A stretch of 64,000 nt of DNA from Marinifilum sp. (GCA_020718065.1 DYDE01000001.1:754-64753), one strand, 5' to 3'; positions 28,897-38,432 are shown, counted from the first letter of the stretch. The notes: a model not told the origin generated them from the sequence alone. Numbers and translations: made by a program.

Positions 28897-29661
28897 TTAA
28901 CAATTTATCCATTTAACAATCTCCTTTCTCATTCCAACAATAACATCAGGGTCAACACTATGCATGTTATTTTCATTATTATTCAAAGCAGTATTCAAAG
29001 CAATTTTATGATTATAATATTGCATCTCACTTTTTTTGGTTGTTTTGGCTGATGTATGAAATTCCTTTGCTTTAGTAGTTTGCATTAACTCTGCAATATT
29101 CTCTGCTCTCACTCCTCCACCCGGCATAATAACAATTCTATCTTTTGCCTTTTCAATTAACTTCGACAACAAATGTGCTCCTTTCACTGCATTTACCTCC
29201 AGTCCGGAAGTAAGTATCCTGTCGAAACCACATTCAATTATCACATCCAAAGTATAAAATGGTTCATTCACCATATCAAAAGCACGATGAAAAGTTGTTG
29301 ATAATGGTTTTGCCAATTCAACCAATTCTTTACATCTTTTTTCATCAATACTCCCATCATCCTTTAGTATTCCAAATACAACACCGTGTACTCCAATTGT
29401 TTTGCATGTTTCAATATCCAGTTTCATTATTTCCAATTCCAGATTGGAGTACAGAAAATCACCCCCACGAGGTCTTATCATTACATTTATTGGAATATTT
29501 AATTTGCTTTTAGCTAACTTTATATTTCCATAAGAAGGAGTAGTGCCGCCTTCAGCATAATTTTCGCATAACTCAATTCTGTCGGCTCCGGCTTGCTCTG
29601 CAATTAAAGCAGATTCTAGTGTGAAAGTACAAACTTCCAGAATAATTTTCTCCTTACTCAT
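28897..29661 (-). CDS. cutC: Copper homeostasis protein CutC family
   Basis: LEVCTFTLESALIAEQAGADRIELC...GGTTPSYG, and the RAFD and PGGGV motifs typical of the CutC TIM barrel. 254 aa. Confidence 0.88.
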   Translation of the reverse strand: MSKEKIILEVCTFTLESALIAEQAGADRIELCENYAEGGTTPSYGNIKLAKSKLNIPINVMIRPRGGDFLYSNLELEIMKLDIETCKTIGVHGVVFGILKDDGSIDEKRCKELVELAKPLSTTFHRAFDMVNEPFYTLDVIIECGFDRILTSGLEVNAVKGAHLLSKLIEKAKDRIVIMPGGGVRAENIAELMQTTKAKEFHTSAKTTKKSEMQYYNHKIALNTALNNNENNMHSVDPDVIVGMRKEIVKWINC

Positions 29662-29794
29662 ATATATGAAGTTTCTTATTTTGGTTATATTAAGTGCTTT
29701 TGTAGCTGATATTTCTTGCCACTAAATCACCAAAGCACCAATATTCACTAAAAATAACAATTAAACAATATAACCATTAAACAATTTATAAATA

Positions 29795-32089
29795 CTATTC
29801 CACAGAAATCTCATCCACAAACAACCATGCTGGCTCTCCTGCTCCCGGCATTCCTTCGGGAATTTTGCCAATATTCTCTGCTACAACTTTAATATATCTT
29901 GCTGATGTTTTATCAAATATCAATTCTATTGCTCTTCCTTGTTTTATTATTTCCTCTTTATTAAGGCTTTTTAGCTCCTTGTAGTTGGTACCATCCTTCG
30001 AAACAAACACTTTGATGCCCTTTGGTAAGTGAATCCAGCTATTTTCATCACCTAAAACATCAACAGTTATTTTGGTAAAACTTTCGGATTTATTCAGATC
30101 AATAACTGCTTCGAGGTTTTCTCCCAAAAAGCCAAGCCATTCCTTGCCATACCATGGAATAACACCTTTTATACCATCAACCAATGTAAAAGCACCTCCA
30201 TTGTTATATTTTTCATGAGCTTGTTTTGTTAAGCTTATTCTTTTTCCACTTGCTTTGTTAACATAAAACTGTTGTTCAAAGATATTACTTTTTCTTGCAT
30301 TGGTCTGAAAAAGAGCAGTTTTAACTTTTGTGTTTGTCAATATATAAAATGGACCGGTATATTTGTTAGAAAAAATGGTTGGATCGCTTCCATCTATGGT
30401 GTAATAAACGTCAGGATTGGGCATATCGGAAGAAATACTAACACTCACTCCATTTCCACTGGGAGTTTTACCGGAATTTATTACCAGATCAAACAATGCT
30501 TTCGAATAATTGATTTTATGAAAATCAAGATAAGAGAAATGATCTATAAGTCTTGGTTTAAAGGCTTCCCAACTACGATAATCCTTTGGTGTCCATAGAA
30601 CTTCTGCCAATGCACACATTCTTGGGAAAATCATATATTCTACTTTATCCGTTGTGCCAATATATTCAGTCCATACATTTGCTTGTGCCCCTAAAATATA
30701 TTTTTGTTCGTTAACAGATAATTCTGTTGGTGTCGGTTCATAAGAATAAACTTTTTCTACAGAAATATAACCTCCAATTGCAAGTGGCTCAAATTTAGGA
30801 TTACCCTGATAATAATCAAAATAACAATGACTGCCAGGCGACATCACCACATAATGGTTTTGTTTGGCAGCAGCCACTCCTCCTTCTGTCCCTCTCCATG
30901 ACATCACTGCTGCATTGGGTGCAAGCCCTCCTTCTAATATTTCATCCCAACCAATAATGTTTCTACCTTTTGAATTAACGAACTTTTCGATACGTTTTAT
31001 AAAATAACTCTGTAGTTCTGCTTCATCTTTCAATCCTTCTTTTTTAATCAAAGCCTGACAATATGCACATTTCTTCCATTTTTCCTTCGGAACTTCATCC
31101 CCACCAATATGAATATATTTACCAGGGAATAAATCCATCACTTCGGTCAACACATCTTCCAGAAATTTGAAAGTTTCTTCTTTTGGACAAAAAACATCAT
31201 CGAATACACCCCATAACTTTGATGCCTCAAATGGACCTCCGGTACATGAAAATTGAGGATAAGCACTTAATGCAGCCAAACAATGCCCGGGCATTTCTAT
31301 TTCAGGAACAATAGTAATATGTCTGGCAGTGGCATAAGTAACAATTTCTTTAATATCGTTTTGAGTATAATATCCTCCATAACGAATAGTATCGTATTGA
31401 TGCGGACTGTTGCGATAAGCACCAATCAATGTTCCATTTCTATATCCCCCTATTTCGGTTAATTTAGGGTACTTTTTAATTTCTATCCTCCAACCCTGAT
31501 CATCGGTAAGATGCCAATGAAAAGTATTCATCTTATACAAAGCAAGGAAATCAATATATTTTTTAATAAAGGCTGTGGGGAAAAAATGTCGCGAAACATC
31601 CAGGTGCATACCTCTCCATGCATATCGTGGATAATCGGTAATTTTGTAACAAGGAATGTTGATTTTATTTTGCTTGGTAAGTGGAAGCAATTGTTTAATA
31701 GTTTGTAAGGCATAAAAGATACCTGAAGCATCCCCTTGTATCCTTATCTCCTCAGGTGAAATATTGAGAGAATAACCTTCAGCAGCCAAAGTTTTATTAA
31801 CTTCAGGTTCCAGCCATATACAATTGCCTTTTTTGAAAGAAGAAACAACTTCTATTTTTGTTTTGAACCCATAATACTGAAATAAATATTCATTAAACAA
31901 CTCGGCATCCATTTTACTTGTTTCGGTAGAATAAAAAATTATTGTTTTGTCCGACAACTCAAAATTACCCTCTGAATTCTTTACAGAAACAGGTTCCGGG
32001 ATAAGGAAATAGTTTGATGCTTTAGCAATATTAACATGTATAAACAATATAGAAATTAATATTATAAATTTAAATCTGATTGATTTCAT
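29795..32089 (-). CDS. Beta-N-acetylhexosaminidase (GH20) with C-terminal discoidin/F5-8 type C-like domain, secreted
   Basis: Signal peptide. GH20 catalytic region RGMHLDVSRHF, FHWHLTDDQGWR, HIGGDEV. C-terminal about 150 aa resembles a carbohydrate-binding module. Confidence 0.9.
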   Translation of the reverse strand: MKSIRFKFIILISILFIHVNIAKASNYFLIPEPVSVKNSEGNFELSDKTIIFYSTETSKMDAELFNEYLFQYYGFKTKIEVVSSFKKGNCIWLEPEVNKTLAAEGYSLNISPEEIRIQGDASGIFYALQTIKQLLPLTKQNKINIPCYKITDYPRYAWRGMHLDVSRHFFPTAFIKKYIDFLALYKMNTFHWHLTDDQGWRIEIKKYPKLTEIGGYRNGTLIGAYRNSPHQYDTIRYGGYYTQNDIKEIVTYATARHITIVPEIEMPGHCLAALSAYPQFSCTGGPFEASKLWGVFDDVFCPKEETFKFLEDVLTEVMDLFPGKYIHIGGDEVPKEKWKKCAYCQALIKKEGLKDEAELQSYFIKRIEKFVNSKGRNIIGWDEILEGGLAPNAAVMSWRGTEGGVAAAKQNHYVVMSPGSHCYFDYYQGNPKFEPLAIGGYISVEKVYSYEPTPTELSVNEQKYILGAQANVWTEYIGTTDKVEYMIFPRMCALAEVLWTPKDYRSWEAFKPRLIDHFSYLDFHKINYSKALFDLVINSGKTPSGNGVSVSISSDMPNPDVYYTIDGSDPTIFSNKYTGPFYILTNTKVKTALFQTNARKSNIFEQQFYVNKASGKRISLTKQAHEKYNNGGAFTLVDGIKGVIPWYGKEWLGFLGENLEAVIDLNKSESFTKITVDVLGDENSWIHLPKGIKVFVSKDGTNYKELKSLNKEEIIKQGRAIELIFDKTSARYIKVVAENIGKIPEGMPGAGEPAWLFVDEISVE

Positions 32090-32364
32090 ATCTAAGGCTT
32101 TTAAAATTGTTTTATAAACATCAAAATAAATGAAAATTAATCACTTTTTAAAAGAAATGTTGTTGATTAATTTAATGATAGTATGATAGGATAATAAGAC
32201 AAGAGGATAATGAGATGATAGGATTACAAGATAATTGCTAAATTGAAAGTTACAAAACAGCGTAGTATTATTTCTTTTGGATTTGTTTACATTCCTTTAG
32301 CAAAAAAGAGCAAATCATGATTCTTAGAAAATGTATTTGTAATTGTGTTCAATCATAACTATTG

Positions 32365-32503
32365 GAGGGTTCTAAAATTAAGCTTCTCCCGCAGATTTCG
32401 CTAATTTTCGCAGCATAAAAAACACAACGCATTGAAAACCAATCTGCGAATATTTGCGAAATCAGCGGGAAACTATTTGTTTTTGAATTTTTAGAACTGC
32501 CCT
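32365..32503. repeat. MITE/REP-like palindromic element, copy 1
   Basis: Outer inverted termini GGGTTCTAAAATT (32367-32379) and AATTTTTAGAACTGCCC (32486-32502). Inner inverted repeat TCCCGCAGATTTCGC (32387-32401) / GCGAAATCAGCGGGA (32456-32470). Confidence 0.6.
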
Positions 32504-32674
32504 ATTATATTTTCTGCGCTAAAATACTGCCCAAAAATAGTTGCTAAACTTAAAAACCAATTGTAAATATTTTATATACATGCCTGCAAATACAAAGGCA
32601 TACATTACCATCAACATTTCCATGGGAGAAATTATTAGGTTTATTGGATAAAACCTTAAAACAAATTTCCCGAT

Positions 32675-33136
32675 CTCAAGTACCCTTGCCTCAATGCTTG
32701 AGACAATTGCCTCGAATCTCGGGACAAGGATTTTTTTCCTTGAGGCAAGGTTACCCGACCTTGAGGCAATTGCCCCGAACCTCGGGACAAGGATTTTTTT
32801 CCTTGAGGCAAGGTTACCCGACCTTGAGGCAATTGCCCCGAATCTCGGGACAAGGATTTTTTTCCTTGAGGCAAGGGTACCCGACCTTGAGGCTATTGCC
32901 CCGAACCTCGGGACAAGGATTTTTTTCCTTGAGGCAAGGGTACCCGACCTTGAGGCAATTGCCCCGAACCTTGGGACAAGGATTTTTTTCTCTGAGGCAA
33001 GGGTACTTTCCTTTCAGGCAAGTGTACCTGACTTTGGGGCAAGTGCCCCAAACTTTGAGGCAATTGCCCCAAGCTTCGAGGCAAGGATTCCTGACCTTGA
33101 GATAAAGAAATATATCTTCGAGTCAAGAATATCTAT
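32675..33136. repeat. Tandem array 2: about 22 units of exactly 21 bp, 63-bp super-period (CCTTGAGGCAAGGTTACCCGA / CCTTGAGGCAATTGCCCCGAA / CCTCGGGACAAGGATTTTTTT)
   Basis: Super-units start at 32738, 32801, 32864, 32927 and 32990 (exact 63-bp steps), degenerating toward 33136. Mini-palindromes CCTTG-agg-CAAGG and CCCGA-acc-TCGGG. Confidence 0.9.
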
Positions 33137-33494
33137 TAATGATTAAAAGGTATTTAAAAAGAGGCAAAGGATTTTTGGCTCAGGAGAAATCAGATATTAT
33201 AATAAGTCCCTAAGCTATATTATTCATGGAAAAATCATTACTTTTACAAAAAAATGGCAGAAATAAACAAACATTAAATATCAATGTTAGTAATGATTTT
33301 ATTTATTAATTGGTATCATTTTTTCAATGTAAATATTTAATGATTTCATGAAACAAAACATAAAATTTAATATCCTTTTCATTAATTAAAATATATAAAA
33401 TAATTTTATGAAACATTTAAAATTTTATTTAGTCTAGTTTTGCATTTTATTAATAATTTCGTGTAATAAGAACAAAAATCCTTTATTAAATATT

Positions 33495-34658
33495 GTGACT
33501 CCTTCAAATAATTACTCTATTTACAAAGGTGATAGTATAATTATTAATGTCCAAGCAAATGATCCTGATGGACTAATAGAAAATATAGATTTTATTATTG
33601 ACAATAATAATGTTTATCAAGCCAAAATTGAGCCATATAAATATGTATGGCACACAAACGATGCCAAAGGCGGCCAACATTCTATTAAAATCACTGCAAC
33701 TGATAATGAAGGATCACATACTTCAAAAATGATTAATATTGAAATAAAAACTATTTCTCCAATAATACAAACATTACCAATTTCATTTATTGGAACAACT
33801 TATGCGACATTAAAAGGAAATGTTACCTCAACAGGAATTCCAGCTATTTATAATATGGGAGTATGCTGGAATACAAGTGGAAATCCAATAATTGAAGATA
33901 ATAAAACAATATTAGCAGGTGATACTGGAACATATATTGGAGAATTAAAAGAACTTTTGTTGGGAACCAAATATTTTGTTAAAACATATGCTCGAAATAT
34001 AGATACTATTGTTTATGGAGATGAAGTAAGTTTTTCAACCTATAATATTTATTACTCAGATTCTGGTTCATTTACTGATAATCGCGATTCTACCATATAT
34101 AAATGGATTAAAATAGGAAATCAGATATGGATGGCAGAAAATTTAAAATATTTAGCTAGTAATATTCAAGCGTATGTCCCAAATTATTACGATCCTACTT
34201 ATCCATGGAACTATACAGGACCTCGATACATAAGAGATATTCCTCTAGCAAGAGCTTCGGAATATTATCAAACATATGGTTGTCTTTATCATGATCAGAC
34301 AAATCTTTGTCCAAATGGATGGCATATACCATCTAGCACAGAATTTTTAGAATTAATTAATTATGTTGGTGGAAAAGATGTTGCAGCTGGAGTTATGAAA
34401 GAATCAGGAACTGAACATTGGGATAGTCCAAATACAGGAGCAACCAATAAAACAAATTATACTGTATTAGGTGCAGGAAGCTTAAATAATAAATATAATG
34501 ATAATTACACCGGACTAAAAACTCGTTGTGCTTTTTGGACTTCGGATTTGTATTTAGTCCGAATTCAATATGATTCTGAGGGTATTATAAATTTTGGCCC
34601 AGCTATCTATCCTGAAGACACATGGTGTTTTTATAGTATAAGATGTATTAAAGATTAA
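33495..34658 (+). CDS. FISUMP-domain protein (Fibrobacter succinogenes major paralogous domain) with N-terminal Ig-like domain; lipoprotein signal peptide appears cut off by an in-frame TAG
   Basis: C-terminal FTDNRDSTIYKWIKIGNQIWMAENLKY...CPNGWHIPSSTEFLEL...FWTSD matches the FISUMP pattern. The track ORF starts at a GTG. 87 bp upstream and in frame lies ATG 33408 encoding MKHLKFYLV-TAG-FCILLIISCNKN (lipobox). Confidence 0.75.
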   Translation: MTPSNNYSIYKGDSIIINVQANDPDGLIENIDFIIDNNNVYQAKIEPYKYVWHTNDAKGGQHSIKITATDNEGSHTSKMINIEIKTISPIIQTLPISFIGTTYATLKGNVTSTGIPAIYNMGVCWNTSGNPIIEDNKTILAGDTGTYIGELKELLLGTKYFVKTYARNIDTIVYGDEVSFSTYNIYYSDSGSFTDNRDSTIYKWIKIGNQIWMAENLKYLASNIQAYVPNYYDPTYPWNYTGPRYIRDIPLARASEYYQTYGCLYHDQTNLCPNGWHIPSSTEFLELINYVGGKDVAAGVMKESGTEHWDSPNTGATNKTNYTVLGAGSLNNKYNDNYTGLKTRCAFWTSDLYLVRIQYDSEGIINFGPAIYPEDTWCFYSIRCIKD

Positions 34659-34791
34659 AGTATCCCTACTCAGCAAAGAATTGCACTTTTATTTTAATAA
34701 ATATTTTCATTTGTTTTTTTATACCATTAGGTTATTTTTGTATTATTATAAAATTAAAATACATTTGTATGCATAAACAAAATTAAAAGAT

Positions 34792-37700
34792 ATGAAAAAA
34801 ATCAGTATTCTTATCATTTTCACCCTTTTTTGTATTCATTTTGGTTTTACACAATTCCAGAATATAAGGTTGCAGAAAAACATAACCATTCCAAACAAAG
34901 GATCTTGGTCCGAATTTCAAGAGAAGACTAACGTTTCTCCAAGTCATAATCCTGATTTATTGAATGCACCTTTAACATCTGGTTTAAACTGGCAATATTC
35001 TGATGGATTTTCTATTGGTAATTATGTTAAAGTTTCTTCACAAAGTTTGAAAACAATTGCAGCATGGGGAACAAATGACCAACGGATTTCACTTTATGGA
35101 GACACAAATACACCTATTTGGGAGGTTCCTTTTACTATTACAGGAGGTGATGAGGTTATTGACATGACCGAAGACGGAGCTTATATTGCAAATGTAGTAA
35201 ATGACCAGGTAGAAGTTTATGCATCTGGTTCTTCAACCCCAATTTGGTCAACTACTATTTCTTCTAGATATACAAAAGGTGTTCAGATAAGAAACGATGG
35301 TCAACAAGTATTTGTTGCTGCTGTCGATATGGGCACACAAGATTCTTCATTTATATACTGTTATAATATAGGACAGAATACACCAGTTTGGATTAAATCT
35401 TTTGCAGGAAATTACACTGCACTTGTTTTAAGTAAAAACGGAAATCGACTCCTTCTTGGAGAATATGGCGGAGGAAATAATAAGCTATTTGTATTAAACC
35501 CGGCAACTGGTAACCAAATATTTCAAACTGCTTTTAATGATCAATATCCACCAGCTATTTCTGACGATGGAAAATACATTGTAAGTGGAGACTTTAGTGG
35601 TCATGTCTTTCTATTAGAATACAATGAATCATCAGCAACTTATTATGAAAAATGGAATTATACTGTAAGCGGAACAAGTTCATGGGTTGCAGGCATGGGA
35701 ATTTCTGGTGATGGAAGTACAATTGCTATCGGCACCTTAATCTTTACCTCTGGTGGTTATGATGGTGAATTGTATGTTTTCAATAATTATTCGCCTGTAC
35801 CATTGTGGATTTACTCAAATATGGGGGATATGGTTCAATGTGTTGATCTTAATTATGATGGATCAATCATTGCGACAGCAGGATGGGGACCTATTGGTAA
35901 TACCAAACCTGATCTAATGTTATTTCGTAAACAAAGCAATACACCCTATTTGACTATCAATACACCCGGATCAAATTTTTGTCTTGATCTTTCGGCAGAT
36001 GGAAAACTTTGTGTTGCTGGTGGAAAAGCAGTTCATGCCAGAGAAATGGGGTATGGTGGTGTGTTATACAATATTAATTCCAATCTGGGCGGAGGGACTC
36101 TAAGTGGACTTGCTGTTAAATCAGGATCATCTGATTTGGCTGGTGCTAAGATTGAAATTATTGGTTTAGACAATTATTTTTGCTTTTCAAATGACACTTC
36201 TTCCTATATTCTCAAATACATTCCTGCAGGAACCTACACAACAAGGTATTCTGCTGTTGGCTATATTACTCAGAATAAAGAAGTGCAGATTATTTCAGAT
36301 CAGATAACAAACCAGAATGTTACTCTTTTACCAACCGGCAATCCTCCAATAAACCTTACTGCAACCCAAGGTGCAACATCTAATGTAAAACTGAATTGGC
36401 AACCATCATCGGCAACTGGTATTACTGGTTATAAAATTTATCGCAAACAGTATTTATTTGATTTTTATCCTGAAACTCCTATTGGAACTGTGAGTGCAAC
36501 CGACACAACATACATTGATAATACTGCCCTTCCACTTATACATTATTATTATGCTGTTACTGCGCAGTTAACCGGAAACATCCAAACACCATATACAAAT
36601 GATGCTGAAGGATGGACTGCAACGGGTTTTATTACTAATGAAATATCTGCATGGGTTGGTTCAACACCCACTATTGATGGAGTGATCAGTCCTGGTGAAT
36701 GGAATGATGCTTTTAAGATTGATATCTCTAATATGTTAGGTAGAAAAGATAATATTATCAGACCAGTAGGAAGCGTAATGGCATGGTTCAAAGTAAATGC
36801 TTCAAATAATTCGCTCTATGTAGCAGTAAATAATACCAACGACACCATATATGAAGATCATGATGAAATTGCATTATATATTGACGACAACAACGACGGT
36901 CTTTATCCAGCACCAGGTGACACCACTGAAGGAAATTATTGGGCTACACATTATGCATCAGGAGATGTAATCAAGTTTCGCCCAATTTATGGGACAGGAG
37001 GAGTAGGTAATACTATTTATCTTTCCAATCCTCAGATTAAGGTATCAAATGCAACTGGTCATTTAGTTTATGAATTTGTAATTCCACTTGGCTCTGCTTC
37101 TCACTGGCAAATAGGTTTTAACAATCAGAATCAGAGCGGTATTTTCATCTTTGCGCTCGATGATCCAACAAATTATGATGGATGGTGGCCATGCCTTAAC
37201 CAGAATATATTTACAGCCGAAGGATATGGTATTATAACTTTCGGCGCCATTGACGGGACACCCCCACCACCAGAAAACATTGTTGTTGAAAACCCTGTTC
37301 CTCAGAATATCATGCTGAAATGGGATCAGCCAAATATTAGTGATTTTGATTATTTTAACATTTACTGGTCAATCAACAATGGTGCAAGCTTTGTTAAACT
37401 AGATAGTACTATAGGTGTGCAGTATTTTCTCACTGCACCTTCTAATGGAAATTATATGTTTTACATAACTACAGTTGACCGTGCAGGACATGAATCAACA
37501 CCTTCAAATACTGTTAATGCAAATGTGAATACTGGTATCAAAGAACCATGGCAAACAAATGACATCCAAATGATTAAAATGGGACCAAATCCATTTAATC
37601 AACAACTTACTATTAATTTCAGGATAGGAAAGGAAGCCAATCTTGCTATCCTTATTTTTGATATAAATGGAAAATTGGTTAAAACACTTTATGATGCGAA

Positions 37701-37836
37701 AGTTTCCAATGGTGAGCACTCCATAGAATGGAATGGGAAAAATACTATAGGAAATGATCTGAACCCAGGAACTTATATAATTCAGTTCCAAACATCAAAT
37801 AGAAATCCTTTGTCATTCAAGATTGTGAAAAGATAA
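34792..37836 (+). CDS. Large secreted multidomain protein: beta-propeller region, CarboxypepD_reg-like domain, Fn3 domains, CBM9/DOMON-like domain, T9SS C-terminal sorting domain
   Basis: Signal peptide. GAKIEIIGLDN...IPAGTYTTRYSAVGYITQ (carboxypeptidase regulatory-like). Fn3-like PPINLTATQG...GYKIYR and PPPPENIVVEN...FNIYWS. C-terminal GPNPFNQQLTINF...LAILIFDINGKLVKTL...GTYIIQF typical of Por_Secre_tail. Confidence 0.8.
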   Translation: MKKISILIIFTLFCIHFGFTQFQNIRLQKNITIPNKGSWSEFQEKTNVSPSHNPDLLNAPLTSGLNWQYSDGFSIGNYVKVSSQSLKTIAAWGTNDQRISLYGDTNTPIWEVPFTITGGDEVIDMTEDGAYIANVVNDQVEVYASGSSTPIWSTTISSRYTKGVQIRNDGQQVFVAAVDMGTQDSSFIYCYNIGQNTPVWIKSFAGNYTALVLSKNGNRLLLGEYGGGNNKLFVLNPATGNQIFQTAFNDQYPPAISDDGKYIVSGDFSGHVFLLEYNESSATYYEKWNYTVSGTSSWVAGMGISGDGSTIAIGTLIFTSGGYDGELYVFNNYSPVPLWIYSNMGDMVQCVDLNYDGSIIATAGWGPIGNTKPDLMLFRKQSNTPYLTINTPGSNFCLDLSADGKLCVAGGKAVHAREMGYGGVLYNINSNLGGGTLSGLAVKSGSSDLAGAKIEIIGLDNYFCFSNDTSSYILKYIPAGTYTTRYSAVGYITQNKEVQIISDQITNQNVTLLPTGNPPINLTATQGATSNVKLNWQPSSATGITGYKIYRKQYLFDFYPETPIGTVSATDTTYIDNTALPLIHYYYAVTAQLTGNIQTPYTNDAEGWTATGFITNEISAWVGSTPTIDGVISPGEWNDAFKIDISNMLGRKDNIIRPVGSVMAWFKVNASNNSLYVAVNNTNDTIYEDHDEIALYIDDNNDGLYPAPGDTTEGNYWATHYASGDVIKFRPIYGTGGVGNTIYLSNPQIKVSNATGHLVYEFVIPLGSASHWQIGFNNQNQSGIFIFALDDPTNYDGWWPCLNQNIFTAEGYGIITFGAIDGTPPPPENIVVENPVPQNIMLKWDQPNISDFDYFNIYWSINNGASFVKLDSTIGVQYFLTAPSNGNYMFYITTVDRAGHESTPSNTVNANVNTGIKEPWQTNDIQMIKMGPNPFNQQLTINFRIGKEANLAILIFDINGKLVKTLYDAKVSNGEHSIEWNGKNTIGNDLNPGTYIIQFQTSNRNPLSFKIVKR

Positions 37837-37930
37837 AAATTAATACTTCGTTTACTCCCTGTCTGGTATTGACAATTACATCAAATTGTTAAAAACAACC
37901 AACAAAAATAGAGTAATGAACAAAATGCAA

Positions 37931-37962
37931 AGAGGCTACCCAAAAGGCAGCCTCTTTTCTTG
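37931..37962. terminator. Hairpin with flanking T/A tracts between the convergent T9SS-cargo and toxin genes
   Basis: AGAGGCTACC-caaaa-GGCAGCCTCT (one mismatch) followed by TTTTCTTGTTTT, and preceded by an A-rich run on the other side. Confidence 0.4.
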
Positions 37963-38162
37963 TTTTATGTATTTTAATTGCAGACTTAGTGTTTATAATT
38001 TTGAACCAACAGCTACAAAATTATTTACCTTCTTTCTTACCCTTCTCAGCGAAGTCTTATATGCTTACTTTTGCATTTGCAGTCTTCGTCGTTAATCATT
38101 TTAATTATTATTATCTATAAATTATCTACCAAAGTTGGTGCTTTTAATGAATAATTTGTCTA

Positions 38163-38432
38163 TTATTCAGGAAAATATTTGTAGATATCCTTTCTATGAA
38201 GGAAGCAAACAAAAAAGACTATATTATTTTCAATATTTAAGCCTATTCTGAAATCTTTTATTTTTATTCTGTAATAAGTTTTATAGCCTATTAATTTTTT
38301 TATATTAGCTATTTCTTTAGTATTACTGACAGATTCTACGTTATTGATTGCTTTATAAATCAGTAATAGTATGTTTTTGTCATTTATTTTTTTAATGTCT
38401 TTACTAAAACTGGATTTAAATTCAATTTTCAC
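38163..38432 (-). CDS. Type II toxin, RelE/ParE superfamily
   Basis: 89 aa. The pattern ...LIGYKTYYRIKIKDFRIGLNIENNIVFFVCFLHRKDIYKYFP matches the RelE/ParE consensus (yR.r.gdyRi......i....v.hRk.iY). Confidence 0.75.
   Translation of the reverse strand: MKIEFKSSFSKDIKKINDKNILLLIYKAINNVESVSNTKEIANIKKLIGYKTYYRIKIKDFRIGLNIENNIVFFVCFLHRKDIYKYFPE

Noticed and set aside
16271-29755. Calling the operon region a bona fide genomic island, prophage or ICE.
   Set aside because: No integrase, recombinase, transposase, tRNA target or phage structural gene is present in the window. The flanking direct repeat may belong to a dispersed repeat family. I could not compute composition. The region is kept as a hypothesis in the findings, not as a mobile_element feature.
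32644-33146. Four overlapping ORFs of 72-153 aa on both strands (32644-33105, 32694-33146, 32656-32874, 32893-33126) encoding 21-aa periodic peptides such as LRQLPRISGQGFFSLRQGYPT.
   Set aside because: They coincide exactly with tandem array 2. A 21-bp repeat lacking stop codons is automatically open in several frames on both strands. Four mutually exclusive ORFs over the same DNA, with no supporting start context, argue for artefacts. Proteomic detection of a repeat peptide would overturn this.
33435-33437. The in-frame TAG in the FISUMP signal peptide as evidence for stop-codon reassignment in this organism.
   Set aside because: TAG clearly terminates other well-supported genes in the window (the dihydropyrimidinase-like gene at 6689-6691, the kinase at 18724-18726, MlaD at 46522-46524). 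A genome-wide recoding is therefore not supported; a local mutation, sequencing error or read-through is more likely.
37886-38095. 69-aa plus-strand ORF in the gap after the T9SS cargo gene.
   Set aside because: It spans the hairpin/terminator at 37931-37962, has no motif and no convincing start context, and is probably non-coding spacer.
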